NCBI GenBank assembly: GCA_963732485.1
Contig: CAVSZS010000010.1
Coordinates: forward strand, 7,573-71,572
Origin: Candidatus Aminicenantes bacterium
GTDB lineage: Bacteria > Acidobacteriota > Aminicenantia > UBA2199
Reading direction: 5' to 3'
DNA: 64,000 nucleotides
A program made the position numbers and the translations under genes. This document shows positions 1 through 13,270 of this stretch, piece by piece. Below the pieces are notes generated by a model. The model was not told the origin of the DNA, did no database searches, and saw nothing but the letters and a program-made list of their open reading frames with translations. Numbering within the stretch: the first letter of the stretch is position 1; each line of letters starts with the position of its first letter.

Positions 1-258
1 AGGGCGTCGCGCACCTCCTTCATCATCAGCTCGTTCAGCCGGAAGTGCGGCTTGTGGATGCCCGGGCAGTCGAAGAAGACGGCCTGGCCGCGCTCGGTGG
101 TCTTGATGCCCAGGATCTTGCGCCGCGTGGTCTGGGGCTTGGCCGAGACGATGGCAATCTTGGCCTCCATGACGGCGTTGAGAAAGGTCGACTTGCCGAC
201 ATTGGTGCGCCCGACCAGGGCCACGTAGCCCGAACGCCGCCCCTTATTTTCGCTCATG
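1..258 (-). CDS. era: GTPase Era, N-terminal part (gene continues beyond the window start)
   Basis: Minus-strand translation from ATG at 256-258 reads [51 protein letters not shown] (G1 P-loop [10 protein letters not shown]2 region). Start overlaps the stop of the upstream corC-like gene. Confidence 0.85.
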
Positions 259-1461
259 GTGCACCCTCACGGTCTTGATGCGGTTCTTTTCCATCTCGCG
301 CACCTCGAAAACAAGGCCCAGGACCGTGACCTTGTCCTGAACCGAGGGAATCTTCCCCAGTTTGCTGCTGATCAGCCCGGCCACGGTCTGGTAATCAACG
401 TTCTCGTCGATCTCGATCCCCAGGCCCTCGTTGAGCTCGTAGATGGAGGTGTCGCCGCGCACCGTCCAGCCGTCGCGGTCGCGGGCGATCGGCTCCAGGT
501 CCTCGTCATACTCGTCCTTGATGTCGCCGACGATCTCCTCGATGATGTCCTCCATGCTGATGACGCCGGAGACGCCGCCGAACTCGTCGCTGACGATGGC
601 GAACTTCTGGTTGGTGCGCTGCATTTCCTTCAGCAGCTCCAGGATGCGCATGGTCTCGGGGATGAAGAAGGGCGGGCGCAGGATCTCCTTGATGTTGAAG
701 TCGTCGCGGCCCCAGTAGTCGAGGACGTCCTTGGCCAGGATGATGCCCTCGACGTTGTCCGGCTTGTCGGCGATCACCGGAAAGCGCGACTTCTTCTTCT
801 CGCGGATGGTGGCCACGATCTCATCCAGGCTGGCGTCGATGTGCACGTGGGTCATGTGCACGCGCGGCGTCATGATCTCCTTGACCAGAGTGTCCCCGAA
901 CTCGAGGACGCTCTCGATCATCTCCTGGTCCTCCTTCTCGATGACCCCCTCCTTGGCCCCTTCCTCCAGGAACACCTCGAGCTGCTCGTCGCTGAGCTCT
1001 TCGTTATCGTTCTCCCCGTTATCGACGGGGCTCTCCTTCAGGAAAGTCGAGAAGATGAGGTTCAGGGGATAGAACAGGAACCAGGCCACGGGAAAAAGAA
1101 AGATCAGGGCGCGCAGCACCGCCTCGCGGTTCAGGTAGGCGACGATGTAGAAAATCACGTTGAAGAACACGAGGTAGAACAGGCCGATGAGCAGGATGCG
1201 CAGCGCCGCCGACGGGATCAGCGCGCGCAGCACCCTGAAGGTGCAGAGCATCAGGATGATCTGCAGCACGAAGACGACCGTCTCCAGCGAGTGGATGACC
1301 AGGTCGAACTTCTCCACGAAGTCGAAGCGCGGCAGGCGCCGGCCCTCCATGGCGCCCAGGAACCTGGCCAGCGAGATGCGCGAGAAGCTCTCGAAGCTGC
1401 TCTCCAGGAGGTGGAACAGGACGGCGAAGAGAAAGAGAAGGAACAGTCCGGCGAGGCTCAT
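244..1461 (-). CDS. CorC/TlyC (CNNM) family protein: DUF21 transmembrane + tandem CBS + CorC_HlyC domain
   Basis: 405 aa ORF. Hydrophobic N-terminal ~190 aa, then CBS-pair and C-terminal transporter-associated domain ([16 protein letters not shown]...). Typical position between ybeY and era; ATGA overlap with ybeY. Confidence 0.85.
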   Translation of the reverse strand: MSLAGLFLLFLFAVLFHLLESSFESFSRISLARFLGAMEGRRLPRFDFVEKFDLVIHSLETVVFVLQIILMLCTFRVLRALIPSAALRILLIGLFYLVFFNVIFYIVAYLNREAVLRALIFLFPVAWFLFYPLNLIFSTFLKESPVDNGENDNEELSDEQLEVFLEEGAKEGVIEKEDQEMIESVLEFGDTLVKEIMTPRVHMTHVHIDASLDEIVATIREKKKSRFPVIADKPDNVEGIILAKDVLDYWGRDDFNIKEILRPPFFIPETMRILELLKEMQRTNQKFAIVSDEFGGVSGVISMEDIIEEIVGDIKDEYDEDLEPIARDRDGWTVRGDTSIYELNEGLGIEIDENVDYQTVAGLISSKLGKIPSVQDKVTVLGLVFEVREMEKNRIKTVRVHHERK

Positions 1462-1874
1462 GGCAGCTCCGCGGCGAATTCTGCGAACAGGCTCTCCTGC
1501 AGAGCCAGCATCTCCCCGTGGTCAGTCTCATGGTCGAGCCCCTTCAGGTGCAGCAGGCCGTGGATCGTCAGCAGCAGCAGCTCCCTGGCCAGCGAATGGC
1601 CATGCTGTTGGGCCTGTTCCCCGGCGACAGGCACGCAGACCAGAACGTCGCCGGCGTAGAGGCCGCCCGGGAGCTTCTCCCCGAGGGGAAAGCTCAGCAC
1701 GTCGGTGGCGGCGTCCTTGCCCCGGTAGGTGCGGTTCAGGACGCGCACCTCTTCCGATCCGGCCAGGCGGATGGTCGCCCCGCCCTCGAGGCCGATGCGG
1801 ACGGCGATCCTGCGGACGATGAAGGGAAACTTTCTGGCGGGCAGGGCGAATTCCTCATGCTGGATGCTGATCAT
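1458..1874 (-). CDS. ybeY: Endoribonuclease YbeY (16S rRNA 3' end maturation)
   Basis: Internal ATG at 1872-1874 gives MISIQHEEF...; motifs TDVLSFP and zinc-binding HGLLHLKGLDHETD (HxxxHxxxxxH). Longer track ORF (to 1997) overlaps pgpH and is rejected. ATGA overlap with upstream gene stop at 1871. Confidence 0.85.
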   Translation of the reverse strand: MISIQHEEFALPARKFPFIVRRIAVRIGLEGGATIRLAGSEEVRVLNRTYRGKDAATDVLSFPLGEKLPGGLYAGDVLVCVPVAGEQAQQHGHSLARELLLLTIHGLLHLKGLDHETDHGEMLALQESLFAEFAAELP

Positions 1875-4147
1875 TCCGCCTTCTCCTTGCTGAAGTCGAA
1901 TCCCGGATAGGAGATGCGCTGGTGATAGATCGAGGCCAGCTTGCCGTAGAAGCTCTTGGCGATGGTGTTCAGCGCCTTGAAGGTCAGGCCGTCGCATTCG
2001 TCGAACTGGTTCTCGGCAATGTCGGAGGCGATGATCTTCTCCACCACGTTGCGGATGTCGTTATCGTCGGGGGCGGAAAGGCTCTTGGACGCCGCCTCCA
2101 CCTGATCGGCCAGCATGATGATGGCTTCCTCCACCTGCTGCGGCTTCTTGCCGGGGTAGCGGAACATGTTCTCGTCGAACTCGTCCAGCTGCCCGGCGCT
2201 GAGCTCCTTGGCGCGGGCGTGGAAAAACTTGACCACCTTGGTGCCGTGGTGCTGGGAGATCGCCTGGCCGACCATGCGGGGCAACTTCAGCTGCTCCGCC
2301 TTTTCCAGGCCGAGGGCGATGTGCGAGATGATCACCTTGGCGCTCTCCAGGGGGGTCAGCCTGCCGTGCGGGTCCTCGTACACCGACTGGTTTTCGGTGA
2401 AGAACTGGGGGTTGTCGATCTTGCCGATGTCGTGGTACAGCGCCATGGCGCGGACCAGCAGCGGCGACAGCTCCAGCTCCTGGGCGGCGGCCTCGGCCAG
2501 CGAGGCCACCATCTGCGAATGGTGGTAGGTGCCCGGGGCCTTCTCCAGCATCTCGCGGAAGCACGGCAGGTTGAGGTTGGTGATCTCGACCAGCTTCAGG
2601 TCGGTTACCAGCTTGAAGATGACCTCCCAGAGCGGGATCATGAAGTTGGCGATGAAGGCCGAGAGCAAAGCGGAAAAGACACCGAGTGCCACGTAAAAGG
2701 CCGCCAGCGCCCAGCCGGTCCCCTCCCCGGTCAGGGCGAACACCAGCGTGGTCAGCATGTTGACCGGCAGCAGCCAGAAGAAAGCGGCCTTGAGGATCGA
2801 GGAGCGCTTCAGGCGCTGGTAATACTCGACGCCGAAGCCGACGGCGAGGTTGCCCGCCAGGACGAACAGCAGGATCTTGAAGTCCCAGCCGCAAACGAAG
2901 CCGCCGATGACGGCATTGATGGACGAGAAGACCACGGCGCTCTGCAAGTCGAACAGGAAAGCGATGATCAGCGAGCCGACGGCAAAGGGAATGCCGTAGG
3001 CCAGGGCGGAGGTGTCCACGTGAATATCGAACGCCACGTTCTTGAGGATCAGCGGGTAGATGAAGAGGGCCAGGCGATAGATCAGGGCGCTGGCGATAAA
3101 GGTCACGCCGGAAACGAAGTTCAGCCGGTTGCGGTTGATGCCGCCGGTCTTGGTCAGCCAGTTCAATCGCCAGAAGAAAAAGAACAGGAGGCTCAGGATC
3201 ACCATGATGAAGAACACGCCGGGGATGCGGTGGGCGCCGGACTTTTCCTCGGCGGCGACCAGCCGGATCAGCCGCAGGTGGTCCTTGCTCAGCTCATCGC
3301 CGCGGCGGAGGACGATTTTGCCTTTTTTCAGGTGGATGAAAACCGGGTTGACCAGCGCCAGGGTTTTTTCCTCCTGAAGACGGGTCAGCACCTTGGAAAA
3401 AGTCACGTTGGTGGAGATAAACTCCAGCAGGATGGGCTCCACCCTTTCTTTTTCCCGCGAATTCAGGCGCGAGCTCGCCAAAAAGGCTTTCAATTTGCCT
3501 TCGATGTCCTTCAGATCGTAATAATCGGCCAAATTGGCCTGAAAATAACCTTTATTCTCGTTATAAACAGTGATCTCGTCGTTGCTTCCCCTGGGAATAC
3601 CGATCCTGGACAACAGAATGCCCTTTTCCTCCCAATTTTTCACTTCGAGCAGCAGGCGGTTGAGGTCGATCTTGGCGAAGGCGTTGGATTGGAGCAGGTC
3701 GGTCAGGTCGGCCGGGCGCAATTCCAGGCCGAAATTTTCGCGGATGCGGGTCTGCACCCCATCCAGGTCCTGTCTTTTCAGCAAAAAGTCCTTGCGGACC
3801 TCTTTGAAGAAACGGAACCACTCGTTCAGCAGCATCTGGCTGCCGGCGATTTTCTGCTCGCTGAATTCGTAGACCGGGATCAGGGCTTCCAAAGCCTGGC
3901 GCCGGTTCTGCTCGGTCATCTCCTTGTCTTCGACAGTCATATCGTTGCGGATGACGATATCGGCGCCGGCGATGTCTCCGGTCTTCAGCCCGGCATCCGG
4001 AATGGAGCGTGCCGGCGGCACATAGCTGACCCAGGCGACGATGACGACGAAAACGGCGCCGATCAGCAGCTTGCCCCAGGACGAACTCTCCTTTTCCGGC
4101 GCTTGCGGCCGCTGCTTTTTCTTTTTCAACTGCAGGTCGAAGTTCAT
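1871..4147 (-). CDS. PgpH/YqfF-like membrane protein: 7TM receptor domain + HD phosphohydrolase (candidate c-di-AMP phosphodiesterase)
   Basis: 758 aa. N-terminal extracytoplasmic region, multi-TM block, C-terminal HD domain (HHSQMVASLAEAAAQELELSPLLVRAMALYHDIGKIDNPQFF). Conserved position phoH-yqfF-ybeY. Confidence 0.8.
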   Translation of the reverse strand: MNFDLQLKKKKQRPQAPEKESSSWGKLLIGAVFVVIVAWVSYVPPARSIPDAGLKTGDIAGADIVIRNDMTVEDKEMTEQNRRQALEALIPVYEFSEQKIAGSQMLLNEWFRFFKEVRKDFLLKRQDLDGVQTRIRENFGLELRPADLTDLLQSNAFAKIDLNRLLLEVKNWEEKGILLSRIGIPRGSNDEITVYNENKGYFQANLADYYDLKDIEGKLKAFLASSRLNSREKERVEPILLEFISTNVTFSKVLTRLQEEKTLALVNPVFIHLKKGKIVLRRGDELSKDHLRLIRLVAAEEKSGAHRIPGVFFIMVILSLLFFFFWRLNWLTKTGGINRNRLNFVSGVTFIASALIYRLALFIYPLILKNVAFDIHVDTSALAYGIPFAVGSLIIAFLFDLQSAVVFSSINAVIGGFVCGWDFKILLFVLAGNLAVGFGVEYYQRLKRSSILKAAFFWLLPVNMLTTLVFALTGEGTGWALAAFYVALGVFSALLSAFIANFMIPLWEVIFKLVTDLKLVEITNLNLPCFREMLEKAPGTYHHSQMVASLAEAAAQELELSPLLVRAMALYHDIGKIDNPQFFTENQSVYEDPHGRLTPLESAKVIISHIALGLEKAEQLKLPRMVGQAISQHHGTKVVKFFHARAKELSAGQLDEFDENMFRYPGKKPQQVEEAIIMLADQVEAASKSLSAPDDNDIRNVVEKIIASDIAENQFDECDGLTFKALNTIAKSFYGKLASIYHQRISYPGFDFSKEKAE

Positions 4148-5085
4148 TTTTCAACCCGCTCGTAGGCCTCGATGATACGCTGGATGAGGGGATGGCGCAC
4201 GATGTCCTTCAGGGACAGGTGCACGACGCCGATGCCCGGCACGTCCTTCAGGATCTTGATGGGCTTGAATATTCCCGATTTCTTGGGCTGCTCCAGGTCG
4301 ATCTGGGTGATGTCGGCGGTGACCACCACCCGCGAGTTCAGGCCGAAGCGCGTCAGGAACATCTTCATCTGCGAGTCGACCGTGTTCTGCCCCTCGTCGA
4401 GGATGATGAAGGCATCGTTGATGGTGCGGCCGCGCATGTAGGCCAGCGGCGCGATCTCGATGATCCCCTTCTCGATCAGTTCCGAGGTGCGCTCGAAGCC
4501 GATCAGAAAGTACAGGGCATCGTAAAGCGGCCGCAGGTAGGGGTTGATCTTCTGCTGGATGTCGCCGGGCAGGAAGCCCAGTTTTTCGCCGGCTTCGACC
4601 ACCGGGCGGGTAAGGACGATGCGCTCCACGCGCTTGGTGATCAGAAAATTCAGGGCCATGGCGATGGCCAGGAAGGTCTTGCCCGTGCCTGCCGGGCCGA
4701 TGCCGAAGACCATGTCGCGGTTCTGGATGGCCTCGACGTAGCAGCGCTGGTTGAAGGTCTTGGGATAGACCTCCTTGCCGTCCACCTTGATGACATGCTT
4801 TTTGAAGATATCCTCTTGGAACTGCTCGAGCTTGCCCTCGGCCTCCAGGTTCAGGCTGAACTGGATGTCATGGTCCTGGAGCTTGCCGTTCTCCTGGTGC
4901 AGCAGCACCAGGTGCTGCAGGTACTTCTTGAACTTGCGCGCCTGGGCGCCGTTGCCCGAGTACATGACCTTGTCGCCGCGCATGGCGATCTCCAGTCCGA
5001 AGGCCTTTTCGATCGCTTCCAGGTTTTTTTGGATCAGGAAGGGAAAATGGTTGCCAAGCCCGTCCGGGCAGATGAACTCTTCCAT
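4144..5085 (-). CDS. phoH: PhoH-like ATPase (YbeZ)
   Basis: 313 aa; Walker A GPAGTGKTFLAIAMAL; PhoH family signature; 4-nt overlap with pgpH-like gene. Confidence 0.85.
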   Translation of the reverse strand: MEEFICPDGLGNHFPFLIQKNLEAIEKAFGLEIAMRGDKVMYSGNGAQARKFKKYLQHLVLLHQENGKLQDHDIQFSLNLEAEGKLEQFQEDIFKKHVIKVDGKEVYPKTFNQRCYVEAIQNRDMVFGIGPAGTGKTFLAIAMALNFLITKRVERIVLTRPVVEAGEKLGFLPGDIQQKINPYLRPLYDALYFLIGFERTSELIEKGIIEIAPLAYMRGRTINDAFIILDEGQNTVDSQMKMFLTRFGLNSRVVVTADITQIDLEQPKKSGIFKPIKILKDVPGIGVVHLSLKDIVRHPLIQRIIEAYERVEK

Positions 5086-5139
5086 TAAAAAAATCCCAGC
5101 GCTGGTCTATTCATTGGCTGAATTATAGGGAGCAATCGG

Positions 5140-5172
5140 CAAAAAGTCAAATCAAGCCCGCCGGCGGCGGGG
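5140..5172 (-). terminator. Putative rho-independent terminator downstream of the DASS transporter gene
   Basis: Minus-strand transcript reads CCCGCC-GCC-GGCGGG hairpin then CTTGATTTGACTTTTT; lies between transporter stop (5174) and the phoH operon promoter region (TATAAT on minus around 5125). Confidence 0.4.
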
Positions 5173-5173
5173 T

Positions 5174-6745
5174 TCAGGCCAACCCGACCAGGGGCAGCAG
5201 CAGGCGCAGCCCGACCCAGATCAGCAACCCGCCGGCCAGGTCGAAGAGAACGCCGGCGCGCATCATTTTTACGATGGGCACCAGTCCCGAGCCGTAGACG
5301 ATGGCATTGGGCGGAGTGGACACCGGCAGCATGAATCCCCAGCTGCAGCCCAGGATGGCGCCCAGCGCCGGCGGCACCGGGTTGATGCCGGCGGCCAGGG
5401 CCACGGAGATGACCACCGGCACGACCATGTTCGCCGCCGCGGTATTGGAGGTCGTTTCGCTGGCGATGACGGCGATGAAGATGGCCGCGAACGTGATGCC
5501 CCACAGCGATTCGGCGCCCGAAAACCGCAGCAGCGTCTGACCGATATGGTCGGCCAGGCGGGTGCTGAACATCAGGTTGCCCAGGCTCAAACCGCCGCCG
5601 AACAGCAACAGGGTTCCCCAATCGATCTCCACCGCCTGCCTCCAGGAGATGGTGAATTCCCTTTTTTTCCAGTCCACTGGCAGCAAAAAGAGCAGCACCG
5701 CCCCGACCAGCGCCGCCGCCGCCTCCGGCAGGTGCCCGGCGTACCATTTGGCGGCAAAAGCGGCCGGTCCGCAGAACACGGCCAGAAATCCCGGGATCAC
5801 CCACAAACAGACCGTCACCAGGAAAGCGGCCAGGGCGTTCTTCTGGCCGCGGCTCCAGGGGCCGAGTTTGGCCAGTTCCTGGCGCACGTACTCGCGGCTG
5901 CCCGCGATCACCGGCATCTCCGGCTTGTGCAGGACGTAGAGCATGAGGAACAGGAGCGCGTACATGGCCAGCAGCATGGGCACGGCGAAGAGCATCCACT
6001 GGAAAAAAGCGATCTTCACGCCGGTGAACTTCTCGATCATGGCCAGGCCGATCAGGTTGGGCGGAGTCCCGACCGGCGTGCCGATGCCCCCGGCCGAGGA
6101 CGCGTAGGCGGCCATCAGCATCATGCCGGTAGCGAAGCGCAAACGGGCCGGGTCGGTCTTTTTGCCGCATTTTTTTTCGAGCAGGCCCGACATGGCCGTA
6201 ATGATGCCGATGCCGATGGGCAGCATCATGGCCGTGGCGGCGGTGTTGCTGATCCACATGGAGATGAAGGCGGAGATGGCCCCATAGGCGAAAAGGATGC
6301 GCCAGGCGCGGTTCCCGATCCAGCTCATGGACATGATGGCGAAGGCGAACCGCCTGTCCAGCCCGTGGGCGCTCATGGCGCGGGCCATGATAAAGGAGCC
6401 GAGGAAAAGAAAAATCGTCGGCTCGGCGAAAGGGGCTAAAACGGTCCTGGCATCGGCGATCCCGGTCAGAATGCACAGGACGGCCCCCAGCAGGGCACTG
6501 ACCGGGATGGGGACCGGCTCGCCGATCCACCAGACGACGACCCAGGCGATGACGGCCGCCAGAGCGTGCGCTTGCGGGCTGGTCCCGGGCATGGGCAGGT
6601 GCCACACGGCCAGGCCCAGGAGTGGTCCCAGAAAGAGGCTCCCCCGCCGGCGCCAGGATTCCACCTTCTCCTCGAAAGGCGAGATCACTTCCGCCGGCTC
6701 ACCGGCAGGGACCGGGGTCGCCTCATTTCCGGGTTTGCTGTTCAT
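5174..6745 (-). CDS. DASS/SLC13 family anion:sodium symporter (dicarboxylate or sulfate permease)
   Basis: 523 aa polytopic membrane protein with duplicated hairpin-loop motifs (SNTAATAMMLPIG ... SETTSNTAAANMVVPV) typical of divalent anion:Na+ symporters. Confidence 0.75.
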   Translation of the reverse strand: MNSKPGNEATPVPAGEPAEVISPFEEKVESWRRRGSLFLGPLLGLAVWHLPMPGTSPQAHALAAVIAWVVVWWIGEPVPIPVSALLGAVLCILTGIADARTVLAPFAEPTIFLFLGSFIMARAMSAHGLDRRFAFAIMSMSWIGNRAWRILFAYGAISAFISMWISNTAATAMMLPIGIGIITAMSGLLEKKCGKKTDPARLRFATGMMLMAAYASSAGGIGTPVGTPPNLIGLAMIEKFTGVKIAFFQWMLFAVPMLLAMYALLFLMLYVLHKPEMPVIAGSREYVRQELAKLGPWSRGQKNALAAFLVTVCLWVIPGFLAVFCGPAAFAAKWYAGHLPEAAAALVGAVLLFLLPVDWKKREFTISWRQAVEIDWGTLLLFGGGLSLGNLMFSTRLADHIGQTLLRFSGAESLWGITFAAIFIAVIASETTSNTAAANMVVPVVISVALAAGINPVPPALGAILGCSWGFMLPVSTPPNAIVYGSGLVPIVKMMRAGVLFDLAGGLLIWVGLRLLLPLVGLA

Positions 6746-6759
6746 GGTGTCCGTCTCCC

Positions 6760-10044
<3,285 letters not shown>

Positions 10045-10050
10045 CTGCCG

Positions 10051-11013
10051 TTAGCGTTTCCCGGCGAAAACCGCTTCCAGCAGGGCCTTGGTGGCATGGC
10101 CCTGGCCCATGGTGAACACGTGGATGCCCGGAACTCCGTAATCGAGCAGCTGTTCGACCAGCCTGGCCATGAAGCGCACGCCGCCGGCAAAGCCCTGCTC
10201 GCGCGTACGGGCGTCCTCGATGAGCCCGACGAGCTCGGAGGGGATGCTGACGTGGAAGGAACTGGGGATGGACTGCATCTGTTTTTTGTTGACCAGGGGT
10301 TTGAGACCGGGGATGATGGGCACCTGGATGCCGATGGCCCTGGCTTTTTCCACGAACTCCTTGTAGAGGTGGAATTCGTAGAACATCTGGGTGATGATGT
10401 ATTCGGCGCCCATGTCGACCTTGTGCTTCAGGTAAAGCAGGTCCTTGTCCAGGTTGGGCGACTCGAAATGCTTCTCGGGGTAGCCGGCCACGCCGATGCA
10501 GAAACTGGTCGGGAAAGGATCCTCCAGCTCGTCGATGTACTGGCCGCGGTTCAGCTGGGCGATCTGCTCGACCAGCTGACCGGCGTATTGGTGGCCGTCC
10601 TTTTCCGCGATATAGCGTGCCTGGCCCGGGGGCGGGTCGCCGCGCAGCGCCAGGATGTTCTTGATGCCCAGGAAATGCAGGTCGATCAGGGTGTCTTCCG
10701 TCTCGTAGCGGTTGAAGCTGCCGCAGATCAGGTGCGGCACCGGCTCGACCCGGAAGCGGTTCTTGATGGCGCTGCAGATGCCGACGGTCCCCGGCTTCTT
10801 GCGCCGCGGCCGGCGGGTGATGACGCCGTCTTTCTCTTCATAGACCATATGCGGCTGGTGGTAGGTGACGTTGATGAATTGGGGATCGAAATGCATGAGC
10901 GGGTCGATGCCCGACAGGATATCGTCCATGTTCTTGCCGCGGTCGGGTGGCGTGATCTCCAGCGAAAACAGCAGCTTGTGGTTCTGGTTCAACCAGTCGA
11001 TCACCTTGGCCAT
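10051..11013 (-). CDS. metF: 5,10-methylenetetrahydrofolate reductase MetF
   Basis: MetF family (MAKVIDWLNQNHKLLFSLEITPP..., FAD-binding fold). Start set at ATG 11011-11013, preceded by GAGGGA SD 5 nt upstream. The longer track ORF (to 11283) and the ATG at 11043 lack an SD. Confidence 0.85.
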   Translation of the reverse strand: MAKVIDWLNQNHKLLFSLEITPPDRGKNMDDILSGIDPLMHFDPQFINVTYHQPHMVYEEKDGVITRRPRRKKPGTVGICSAIKNRFRVEPVPHLICGSFNRYETEDTLIDLHFLGIKNILALRGDPPPGQARYIAEKDGHQYAGQLVEQIAQLNRGQYIDELEDPFPTSFCIGVAGYPEKHFESPNLDKDLLYLKHKVDMGAEYIITQMFYEFHLYKEFVEKARAIGIQVPIIPGLKPLVNKKQMQSIPSSFHVSIPSELVGLIEDARTREQGFAGGVRFMARLVEQLLDYGVPGIHVFTMGQGHATKALLEAVFAGKR

Positions 11014-11078
11014 GACATTCCCTCGGACTTGGATTTGCTGCATGATAGCACAAACAGGGGCTGACGCAAAGCCGAGAT

Positions 11079-11107
11079 CAGTGTTAGTGTTAGTGTTCAG
11101 TGTCAGC
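11079..11107. repeat. Stop-rich heptamer microsatellite (GTGTTAG x3-4); inverted partner at 13320-13350
   Basis: cagtgttagtgttagtgttcagtgtcag; reverse complement closely matches ctgacactgacactgacactgatcac at 13320. AT-rich relative to flanks. Confidence 0.6.
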
Positions 11108-11378
11108 AAGAAACTAAAACGATCGGTGTAGGTAGATGGTTTACGGTGTACGTGAAGAGAGAGGAAATCTGAAGTGTAGATTCCAAATCCAAATTCAAAT
11201 AAGAAGCAATTCAAGCTCCAATTCGATATTCCAAAACGAAAGCCCCATGCGATTGCATTTCTTCGTTTGGGGCATTTGGTCATTGGAATTTGAATTTATT
11301 TGGAATTTGGTGCTGTACTGAATTTTATTCTTACCCTACACCTTACGCCTCATACCCTGCGCCGAGTCAAAGCCCTGC

Positions 11379-12648
11379 TCAGGCTGGTGATAGCAGCACC
11401 AGTGTCTCCAGTTGCGGGGTGCCGGGGAACATATCCAGGACGACGACGCGGCGAAGATGGTAGCCGCTCTGCCGCCAATTGGCCAAAGCCCCGGGGATCT
11501 CTTCGCTGGCGCAGAAAAGGTGCAGCACCCGGCCGGGCCGGCGGCGGGCGATGGAGCGGATCACGGCGTCGTCGGCTCCGCTGCGCGGCGGGTCGAGGAT
11601 CACGTCTTCTTCGCCCGGAGGCAGCGGCGGCGGCAGGATTTCGGCCAGGCGGTTGCGGCTGATGGCCGCGGTGCGGAAATGGACCCGGGCCCCGCCGGGG
11701 AAACGGGCGAGCATGTCGTGGCCGGCGCGGATCGACCCCTCGGCGGCATCGACGGCGATCACCTCCTGGTAACGGTTGCGCAGGCTCAGGGTAAACAGGC
11801 CGTAGCCGCAGTACAGGTCGAGAAGCCGGCCGCGCTTCTCCCCTGTTGTCATGGCCGCGACGTTTTCCAGCAGCCGGGGCAGAATGGACTCGTTGACCTG
11901 GGAGAAAGAGGTGGGCGGGACGGCGAAAACGTCAGTCGCCCAGGCGCAGGCGGAAACGCTCGGGCCCGAAAAGCTTTTTGATGGGGAACGCTCCCCGCGG
12001 GCGGTCGCTCTCCAGGTAATACGGCGACCGGCTCGGGTCCAGGAACAGGAAAAAGGCGATGATGTTCACATCCAGGCCGCGCAGGAGTTCCACCGCCTTC
12101 AGCAGCAGGCGGTGCAGGCCGCGGTCCAGTGACTGCAGGTTAAAAATGACCATGATCTCGTCGTAGGTGCCGCGGAGAATAATGAAGTTCAGCGCCCGGG
12201 CCAGGGCGGCGAAATGCGCTCCTGACAGGAGCTGTTCCAGCGCCGAAAAGACCGTCGCGTGCTCAAGAGGCTCGAGCAGGGCCGACTCTTCGTCGCCCGC
12301 GAAAATCCGCTTGGACGGGTTTTTTCGGCCTGGCCCGCCGGCGCCGGCCCAATGCAGGCAGCGTCTCTTGCTGGTAGTGCGGTAATGGCGGGGACGAGGC
12401 GAAAGGACCAGGTTCTCGGGCCGGCCAGGGAGCTGGTGGTGTTTCCAGAAGCGCGGCAGCGCCTGGTTCTTCAACGCGGTTTCCAGGGCATAGTCCAGGC
12501 CGGCCAGGACTGCCGCGCCGTTGGCGGGCAGCTTTATCCCCTTTTGCGCAGCTTCCAGGCGAATAAACGCCTCGAATGAGCCTTCGGCGATCTGGGTACT
12601 CCCTCTTTCAACCGGTTGTTTCTTGTTTCCGCCCCTAGGAATGCTCAT
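11379..12648 (-). CDS. RlmD/RumA-family 23S rRNA (uracil-5)-methyltransferase, interrupted by a frameshift near 11930 (pseudogene or indel error)
   Basis: C-terminal ORF (11379-11852) has SAM-MTase motifs DLYCGYGLF and DPPRSG. Reading upstream in the same frame continues VFAVPPTSFSQVN (RumA FxQVN motif). The N-terminal 238 aa are in another frame, ending at 11932. Confidence 0.6.
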
Positions 12649-12666
12649 ATCTGCGAATGTAACGGC

Positions 12667-13140
12667 TCACGTACGCAAGGTGGCGACCAGCCGCAGGGGG
12701 TGCAGCAGCAGCTGCAGCGCTTCCAGGATGTCCCGGCAGGCCACGTCGGCCGCCAGCAGGCTGTCGATCGCCGCCCCCTCTTCCTGGATGACCATGATGC
12801 CAAGCCCGGATTTTTCCAGCATGGCGCAGTCGTTTCGGCCGTTGCCGATACAGGCCGTGCGTTCAGCCCCGAGTTCGTCCACATAGCGGGCTTTCTGACC
12901 TGTTTGATCGGCTCCGTGCAGGATGGTAAGCCGGCAGGGAATGCCTTGTACCTCCTGCTCAACGCCGCCAAAGGTTCCGGCAGTGACGATATGAACCTGC
13001 AAATTTGCGGCCAGCTCGCGCAGCAGGTCGGCGACCCCGGGTTTGATCCTGCCGTCGAGGGCCAGGGTGCCGTTCAGGTCGAGGACCAAGTGCTCGATCG
13101 ACAGCTTTTCTCCGCTTCCGGGAATGTCAATTTGGATCAT
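12667..13140 (-). CDS. Small HAD-superfamily hydrolase (soluble P-type-ATPase-like domain, COG4087-like)
   Basis: 157 aa; HAD motif I LVLDLNGTL, C-terminal GNGRNDCAMLEKSGLGI (HAD motif III/IV). Confidence 0.6.
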   Translation of the reverse strand: MIQIDIPGSGEKLSIEHLVLDLNGTLALDGRIKPGVADLLRELAANLQVHIVTAGTFGGVEQEVQGIPCRLTILHGADQTGQKARYVDELGAERTACIGNGRNDCAMLEKSGLGIMVIQEEGAAIDSLLAADVACRDILEALQLLLHPLRLVATLRT

Positions 13141-13270
13141 GAGTATACCTCATGGGAATGAGAACGGATACGGTGTACGTTGAAGGGTAAGCGATGAGAA
13201 AGGCGAATGGCAAAAGGTGAAAGCAGCGAAGAACTCCATGCTTACTGGTATTGCGGTTGCGAATGACTAT

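Noticed and set aside
256-1659. 467-aa plus-strand ORF antisense to corC/ybeY
   Set aside because: Asp/Leu/Gly-rich composition typical of a high-GC antisense frame; real genes (corC, ybeY) with clear family motifs occupy the opposite strand.
1922-4165. 747-aa plus-strand ORF antisense to pgpH
   Set aside because: No domain signal, low-complexity G/D/Q/L composition; opposite strand encodes a full-length 7TM-HD protein.
5085-6605. 506-aa minus-strand ORF overlapping the DASS transporter in another frame
   Set aside because: Arg/Gly/His/Pro-rich, no start context; the transporter frame shows coherent TM and hairpin motifs.
11044-11378. SAM (S-box) or cobalamin riboswitch upstream of metF-metH
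   Set aside because: No match by eye to S-box, SAM-II or B12-element conserved cores; the region is dominated by AT-rich simple repeats. A covariance-model scan would be needed to exclude it fully.
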